From Paraspadella gotoi (lineage: Eukaryota; Animalia; Chaetognatha): a stretch of 64,000 nt of DNA. The position numbers were made by a program, and so were the translations under genes. The notes below the pieces were generated by a model, which was given only the letters and a program-made list of their open reading frames with translations, did no database searches and had not been told where the DNA came from. The stretch is taken from positions 18,422,602-18,486,601 of the forward strand of contig CM119264.1 of NCBI GenBank assembly GCA_051294375.1. Reading direction: 5' to 3'. Shown in pieces: positions 56,871 through 64,000 of the stretch (within the stretch, counting starts at the first letter, position 1; the number at the start of each line of letters is the position of its first letter).

Positions 56871-58535
56871 CAGACAAGAGACGCAAGAGCGCGTAGAATG
56901 AGAATCGGGTTTCCTTTTTTGGTCGATGCTGAAAGCTCAAGTTTTTGCCAGTCATCATCCATCGATGATAATGGTAGCCGGATAGCCCGTGGCAAGTAAA
57001 TAAAATCTCTATTTGAGTCGCACAATCAGCACCGCGATGACTGATAAAAGACTTTTTTTCCGTATGCCGCAGTAGGCTTCGGAATAAAATAAAATTTGGG
57101 AATTGTATAACTAATTTTAAACAACTTTGAAAGCAACAGACAAAATTAGCAAGAGGAATTTAAAGAAATAAACTATCGATGTGTTTTTGTGACAAACTTC
57201 AGATGAAATAGCTCCCAGATTTTATACTTTATTCATAAAGAGGGTTTAGCACTTCAGCACTTGAGCAGTTCAAAGGGACAATCCTGTAGTAAAAAGAAAC
57301 GGGTTGATACTTTTCCGGACGGGACTTTTTTCTTTTTCTTTTTAATGTTTTCATCGAGAAACTCGCTACTGCGAAGAAAATCCTTTTGTCCCGCCTTTCA
57401 ACGCATATTTTGGATTTATGGTCATCTCGTAAAAGAGAACTCGGAACTACGAGGAAAACTCGAAAGGGATAAGTTTCAGTGGGTGAAAAGGGGATCGGCT
57501 GAAGAGGGAAGGTGACAATACTTTGTGTTATGAAAAAATGTACTTTGCGTAACAAAGTGAATATAAACCTGAAAACTCATTACGAAAGAATAAAGAATCA
57601 AAAGAAAATGTGGTAAAAATTTTAAAATTGGAGTAGTACAAAAATAGCTTAAAACTGCAAATAAAAACTTTGAAAAGGGCACTGCCAAAGAAATGAAGGT
57701 AAGTTTTGTTGTTAAAAGATTCAGCGAGTTTGAAGGAAAAAGAAAAATGAGAAAGACCAAAACAAACTGAACGCGGAGAAGCAGGGATGGAAAGGAAGGA
57801 TTATTTTTCTTTCTTCATTACTTTTTAACAACTAACTAAATAACTAACTAAACTAAAATATTATAATAAAAATCGTTGTTTGTAACAAATAAAACTTTGT
57901 TTTTCTCTGAATTCAAAACGCAACGAAACTAAAGGCATATACCATGGCTTTCTAAATTAAAAATAAAGGTTAATAAACATGGTAGTGTAGTGGCCATTTC
58001 TACCATCCTTGATTCGTGATCTGATTCTCGCTCTGTATTTGGTGAAACGTGCCAGTGAACGTGCAGGAGACTCGCAGGAGATTCGCCAGGGAACTCATCG
58101 GGTCTTTGGGGTCATATCTATTGACTTTGTGGCTATAAAAGCAGACTTACTGGTCCAACGGACACGCGCTCAAACATTTCGATCTTATTCGCGTTATTAT
58201 GATATCTTTGCCATTGTACCGCATTTAATGGATAATTCCTGTCTCTCTTCATTTGCTATTCACGTCGCCATAATAGTTTTATTTTTTATGTTTGACGACA
58301 AAAACATAATAAAAAATAAAGATGATAAAGAATATAATACAATGAAAAATAAAAATAAAAAAATGTAAAATAACTAAGTTAATTAGTGACGAGAAGGGGA
58401 AAAATTGTAAAAAAAAATATAAAAATTCAAGAAGAAAAATGAGTGAAGGGGAAAAATGAAGAAACTGAAAGCCGAAAAAAACGAATGAAGGTCGCGCGAA
58501 GGATTTGTAGACACACTTTCTCGCGTTTAAATAGT

Positions 58536-58574
<39 letters not shown>

Positions 58575-60031
58575 CATCTTCTTTCGCGTCTCCTCTCTCT
58601 CTTCTCTTCTCTGCTCTCTCTCTAATTTTTGCGCTTTTGTCTCCAATCGAGAATTATTGAACTTTATACATTAGAAAACGTGAACCTCCATATAATAAAG
58701 TTTAACGTCGACACGAAGTTCACTATTACTATATTACTAATAGTATTAGATCTTGTTTATTACTCTTCTCTCTCTTTCTCTTATCGGTCTTTCTGAGTTT
58801 CTCCATATTATTCTCGTTTCGCTCGCGCAACTACTTTACGCGAAAAAATATTCATTTGCAATTTAAGGTTAACTTTTAAGATTCTTTTTCGCCCTGATTT
58901 TACGTTATTTCCCCACTTTCTGCTGTTGAAGCCTTCTCAGATTTTCTAAGTATCTTTTTCGGAAAAAAAGTATCACACAATACACAAAACGTTAAAAAAC
59001 ACAAAAATTTATCGGCTTATTTATGTTTAATGAAGCAATATTTGCGCTAATCACTCTATCAAAGTATGAAAGAAAACAATAACGAAACAAGATAAAAAAA
59101 AAGTATGACGGTCGTAATGTTTAATGAGTTTTCAAGAACGAAGAAACGAAGCCGAAGGCGAAGCTCTAACGAGATTCAGGAATAAAACAAACGAAATTCG
59201 ACGACTTAGTCGATAAGGAGGGGGCGCTCAATTGAAGTCGTTCCAGCGAATCGTTTCGCAGCTCCTGTCTGTCTTTCTTTTCTTTTCCTTCTTTCTGCCT
59301 TTGTTTCTTGCTTTCTCTTTCTTTTCCTCCGTGTCCCAGAAATATGTTTCCGCCCTCATTCCATTACGAGTTTATTTCTTAGCTGCTTTTTTTTTTTCAT
59401 TTCGCAGAGTAGTTCCCTTTTATGATGGAAATATCGACTGATTCTTGGTATAGTTGGCGCCGACCCAATGCCGAGTCGGCGCAATATATCCATTCCGCTA
59501 TTTCGTCCGGTGACTGACCTCATTAGAGTTCCTCCAACTAGAGTTAAACCAATTTTTTACTGCCTCTTGTCCGAACATCCGTCATCGTTCACTAATCTGT
59601 AACACAACAACCATAGCAGTTAAAATACTAAATCACTTTCTTCAAAAGTTTCGACTTCGACTTGTAAATGGTTTTTTAAAGACTATTAATGATCTTATGA
59701 TAATTAACTACTATATATCAATATAATATAATATCTAACAATTGTTATTTCAGTCTCACAATGAAAAAAGAGTTAGTTTGACATCAAATGGAGGAGAGCG
59801 CGAATGTAGCCTTCACTTCCTTATTCATTTTCCTTTTTTACCCTTATTTTATTTATTTTTTCAACTAGATTCTTCCTATTCTCATCACTTCTCTCTCTCT
59901 TTTTATTATAATAATAATAATATAATTCACTTTATCACTCTATATAACTCACTCCGTCGGTCCGCCCCCTAAATCTTGTCATTTAGATCACTTCAGAAGA
60001 TTAAATTATGATAAATTATGCATAAAAACTA

Positions 60032-60200
60032 TGTCCGTCCATCTGTCCGTCCGTCCCCCCTTAGCTCTGAACGGCAATTACTCAAGTGTAGATTGGGTGA
60101 TTGACCTTAAATTTTGTGTGTGGGTGAGGAAATGTGTAATTGAGCTTGAAATAAAGTTTCGATGGAATCGTTTGAGTGGAAATAAGTTTAGGTGGAAAAA
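60032..60200 (+). mobile_element. GTCC-microsatellite repeat core (Helentron/DINE-like family 2)
   Basis: Homologous to 46625-46810. Confidence 0.6.
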
Positions 60201-61684
60201 ATGAAAATTACGATTAACTACTTAGTTTTGCTATTTTTCCTTTTATATGAAATGTTAATGTTGCAACTACAACTACCACAATTATAACAAAATCTATAAT
60301 CAAAACTACCACCACAACAACCACAACTACCATAACCACCCCAAAAACCATAATGACCATACCCTGCATAATCAACAAAATTAAAACTACTACCACTTAA
60401 AAAATATAAATTACAAGTAATGTTGATGAATTGTATTTAATAAATTGAAACTTATCATCAACTTATCATCTGATGTTAAATGCCCGTATGCAGATCCGGC
60501 GTTGTTTGCTCAAACTTGTTACCATCATATTAAGTGTTCGTTCCCTTTCCTTATTTTCCTTGTTTTCCTTCTTACGCTTCACAATTATTTTTCGTTTCCA
60601 TAGCGACGCGGAAATCTGGATCAAAGTTCCGTCGGTTCCGTAACGGTTTTGTGATTCCATTCCTTTTCCCTTCGTTCGTCCCTCGTCTTTTGAACTCTGC
60701 GGGTCACGAGCCGGTGATATGAAAAACCCGCAAGGTTCCCCCATTTTTCCCTAATATATGACCTGACCCGTATTTTCCATCATTCATCTTTCAACGAGCA
60801 CTTTTTTATTAATATAAAAGATAAAAAAAGACGAATCGATAAGATTCTACTTTTTTTAGTCTCTCATCTCAACTTTTCACCTCTCAAAGTAAATTACGAC
60901 TATCACTTCCGGCGATTTATTTCTGTTCGATCATTCTTTCTTTCTTTCTTTCTTTCTTTCTTGTTATTTTTGGATAACTTCACAACCCATTCTTTTTTCT
61001 TTATGATTATCGAAAAAATATTCTCCAAGCATACTCCGATTATCACTTCTGCTTTAGTGTGAGCGCCAATCTCCATTTTTAGTCTTCGTTTTTTCGTATC
61101 AACAGTTTTTTTCCATTGAATTCTTTTATACGACTTAAGTTTCTTTTCTTTTATCCCCGTTTGAAGTTTTTTCTATACCCGCGTTTATTTCTATCTTTTT
61201 CTCCTTTCAAGAAGATCCTTTTATTTATCCCCGCATCCATTTTTATCCTCCCTTTCTTCTTCTGTTCTGTTCCACGCTTTTTCTGTCTACGTACAAAGGC
61301 AGGATTTTTCCTCCTCCTTATTTTAGACTTAGTCAACGCCATCTCAATCGTTGCGAGTTTAGGCATTCACACTGCTCGTGCTCGTGAAACCCTACGATTT
61401 ATCCACACGAAAACATTGTCAGAATAAAAAATGTAGTAAAAACTTATTATTTTTCCCAAGCCTAAAAGGCTGCCAAGATAAAAAGTAGATGGAATGGAGT
61501 AACCCTATCCCCTTCCTCTCTTTTCCCGCTTAAAAACAGACTCAGGATTTAATTCGATTATTTCATGAGGAGTCGCCTTCACGTCCGTAGTAAAAATAAA
61601 AAAAACTGGTATGAAACAAAAAATTATATTATTTGATCAGCGAATTAGGAATAATTCCATGACTCTGCTGCAAAATAGAGGGCT

Positions 61685-61733
<49 letters not shown>

Positions 61734-62396
61734 CGCTTACAATATCTTCTTTCTTTACATTCACATGGATATGAATATTGTAAAAGCAAGATGCTCATGA
61801 AAAAATATAACTGTAAAAAATATTTCAGTCGCTCGATCAGTAAAAAAAATGTTATATTTTACATGTATTTTAAGCGCTGTTATACAATTTTATGAAATTT
61901 ATATTAGAGACAGTTTGAGTTTAATTTTTTTTTGACAACGATTTTATTTTATTAAAATAAAACTAAAACTGTTTCTAATCGTCCCAAACAACGAAAAGAA
62001 AAGATTTATATCACCAAAAAAAAAAAAAAAACAAATGTCCCCCTAAGAACTGATTCTAAAAGTTTTATTTCCATTTTTCATCGTGCATAGACGTCAGGGA
62101 AATGTGTGAAAAATCTTTTTTTCAAACAAAAGGTATGAAAGTGAATTATTTTAGTTCCCTATTTTCATTATTCTCAATTGTTACATTATCAAATATACCT
62201 CCGTGTGTTTTATTTCTTCCTTTATAATTTATACTGAATAATACTGGATAAACCAAATTGGATGTAAAATTATAATGTTTAACTGCATCTTTCCCCCCCA
62301 GGACGAAACAGCGAATAACCTCATACGTATATAGTATAAATAATTAAATATGTATATATTTTATTATTACTAAAATTCACCAATAGATTGATACAA

Positions 62397-63778
62397 TCAC
62401 CGCTTCTTGGCCTTAACGACAATCCGATAATGTTTGAAGGGTCATCCTCGCCTGCTGCTCCCCGAAGCATCGCCTGGACCTTACTCCGAAGGCCACCAGG
62501 TTCTCGCCGTCCTCTTGTATTTCCATCCCCGTCAAGGAAACGCTCTGGTCGAAAAACCTCGGGGATCTCCCAATATTCTGGATCCTCGTGACAGGCCCTC
62601 AGATTCACCAGGAGAATCTGTCGTTCTGGAATGTCGAACCGCCGCGAAGTTGACGAGGGTTCCATGCAGGTGGCTAAATGGCAAACTCCGCGGCGAGATC
62701 TCCTCAGGACTTCGATCTCGAAGGCTTGCAGGGTTAATCGGACGCGACTCAAGACGTCTGGCAATTGGATTCGCGTCTCGACCGACGACGCGCTCGATCT
62801 CTTCCGTCAGCTTGGACCTAATGTCGGGATGGCGAAGGAGCCAAGCGGACAGTCCAGCCCATCGTGATTTCCGAAGAGGTGTCCGTGCCGCAAAGAAAAG
62901 ATCTATGACGGCGTGATGGACGTTCCTCGCCGAGAGATGCTCCGCGCCAGGGTCGGTTCGTCGACGTTCGATCGCGACGGCGTCCATGAGGCATTCGGGT
63001 TCGTCTTCGTCCATTCAGCGTCGCCTCTCGTCGGCCGCATTAAGATTTTCTCGATGTAGTCGACGACGAAGTCGTAGGAAGCCAGCGCCCTCTTCACCAG
63101 CGCTGACTTGTAAAACCGAATTGTCCACGGGAAGAGAGCGTAGATCGGAGAGAAGTTGATGGGGAAGGTGTTGCGAAAGAGGCTGAAGACTTGATCATGG
63201 AGAGGCGACGCCTCTCCCAACTCTCTCCTCTCACCGAAAACCACCCTGGAGGTGATGTTAGCAAATGCGTCGCGTAGGAGGATCTCGGGATCGAAAGCGG
63301 CGTTCTTTTTCGTCATCGCCTCAATCAGAGCGTCCATCTCTCCCGTCACGGCGGCTTCGATCCTTCGGCGGTCCCAGCAACCCGTCGAGGCGACCCGGTG
63401 GAGATCTCTCCATTCCTCGGACCAGTTCTGGCCGGCGATGCCCTTCCCGCGAGGGTACATCAAGAGGCCGACGGCGTTTGGCACGGTCTCGCGTCCGGCC
63501 AAGTCGCGTCGCTTCATTAATTCTTTGGCCAACTTCGTGTCGTTGACGACGATGACGGGACTCACCAGTGGAATGGGGCGGAACTGGAAAACTGGCCCCA
63601 CCTGGCGGCTCCATCGCGCGAAAGTGGGCGCGTAGTCCAGGCGGGTCAGTCGGCTGTGGCCCCTCAGCCAGTGACCTCTAGGTGCGGACGGCACGTTACA
63701 TCTCGGTCCTTTTATGAGCTTAAGCAAGAGTACAACGACGAAAACGGCGACGATAGCCAAGATTAAGACCGGTGTCAT
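62397..63778 (-). pseudogene. Intronless cytochrome P450 (clan 2-like), frameshifted in its 3' half
   Basis: N-terminal anchor, then P-rich hinge (PSAPRGHWLRGH), C-helix WRDLHR, and I-helix DLFFA(G)TDT broken by a 1-bp deletion. Further motifs EVLR, DPEYWEIPEVFRPERFL and heme motif FGVRSRRCFGE lie in different frames. C-terminal ...HYRIVVKAKKR* stops at 62397-62399. Confidence 0.85.
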
Positions 63779-64000
63779 TTTTCTTTCTATTTTGATTTTT
63801 TTAAGATATATATTTGAAGAAAAGATTATCTGATTTGCAGTATTTTAAGCCGATCTGCATTGTCTTTAATACTTCAAGAAGCGGTGAAGGTGTTGGCGTC
63901 GAAATCAGTTGCGCCGACGACGAAATAACCAGTTTCGGTAAATGTCAACTGCGACCTTTTATTGCAAGATCAGCGGTGTCGCGTCGACCGAGGTTAAATG

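Noticed and set aside
62434-63635. Plus-strand ORFs overlapping the P450
   Set aside because: Antisense shadows of GC-rich coding sequence.

Overview
Eukaryotic, AT-rich invertebrate-like (probably protostome) genomic DNA. It is dense in (AG)n and (ACG)n microsatellites, so almost all ORFs in the supplied track are spurious. Supported genes: (1) an intact, intronless long-form ABCC/MRP1-type transporter (38067-42467, -); (2) a compact 5-exon ionotropic-receptor/iGluR-family gene (47256-49318, +) lacking an amino-terminal domain; (3) an intronless clan-2-like cytochrome P450 with an intact 5' half and a frameshifted, deleted 3' half (62397-63778, -). A ~15.7 kb palindrome (24518-40224) centred on N-gaps duplicates the 3' half of the ABCC gene as an indel-riddled copy. 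It is either a fold-back/haplotype assembly artefact or a real inverted duplication. Mobile DNA includes a decayed LINE RT, a hAT-type element with an 8-bp TSD, DINE-1/Helentron-like elements, a tRNA-SINE-like element and Penelope-like hairpins with decayed hammerhead-ribozyme motifs. I found no convincing novel multi-gene system. The best leads are the minimal IR, the intronless detox genes, the palindrome and the ribozyme-bearing repeats. All identifications were made by eye; no searches were run.
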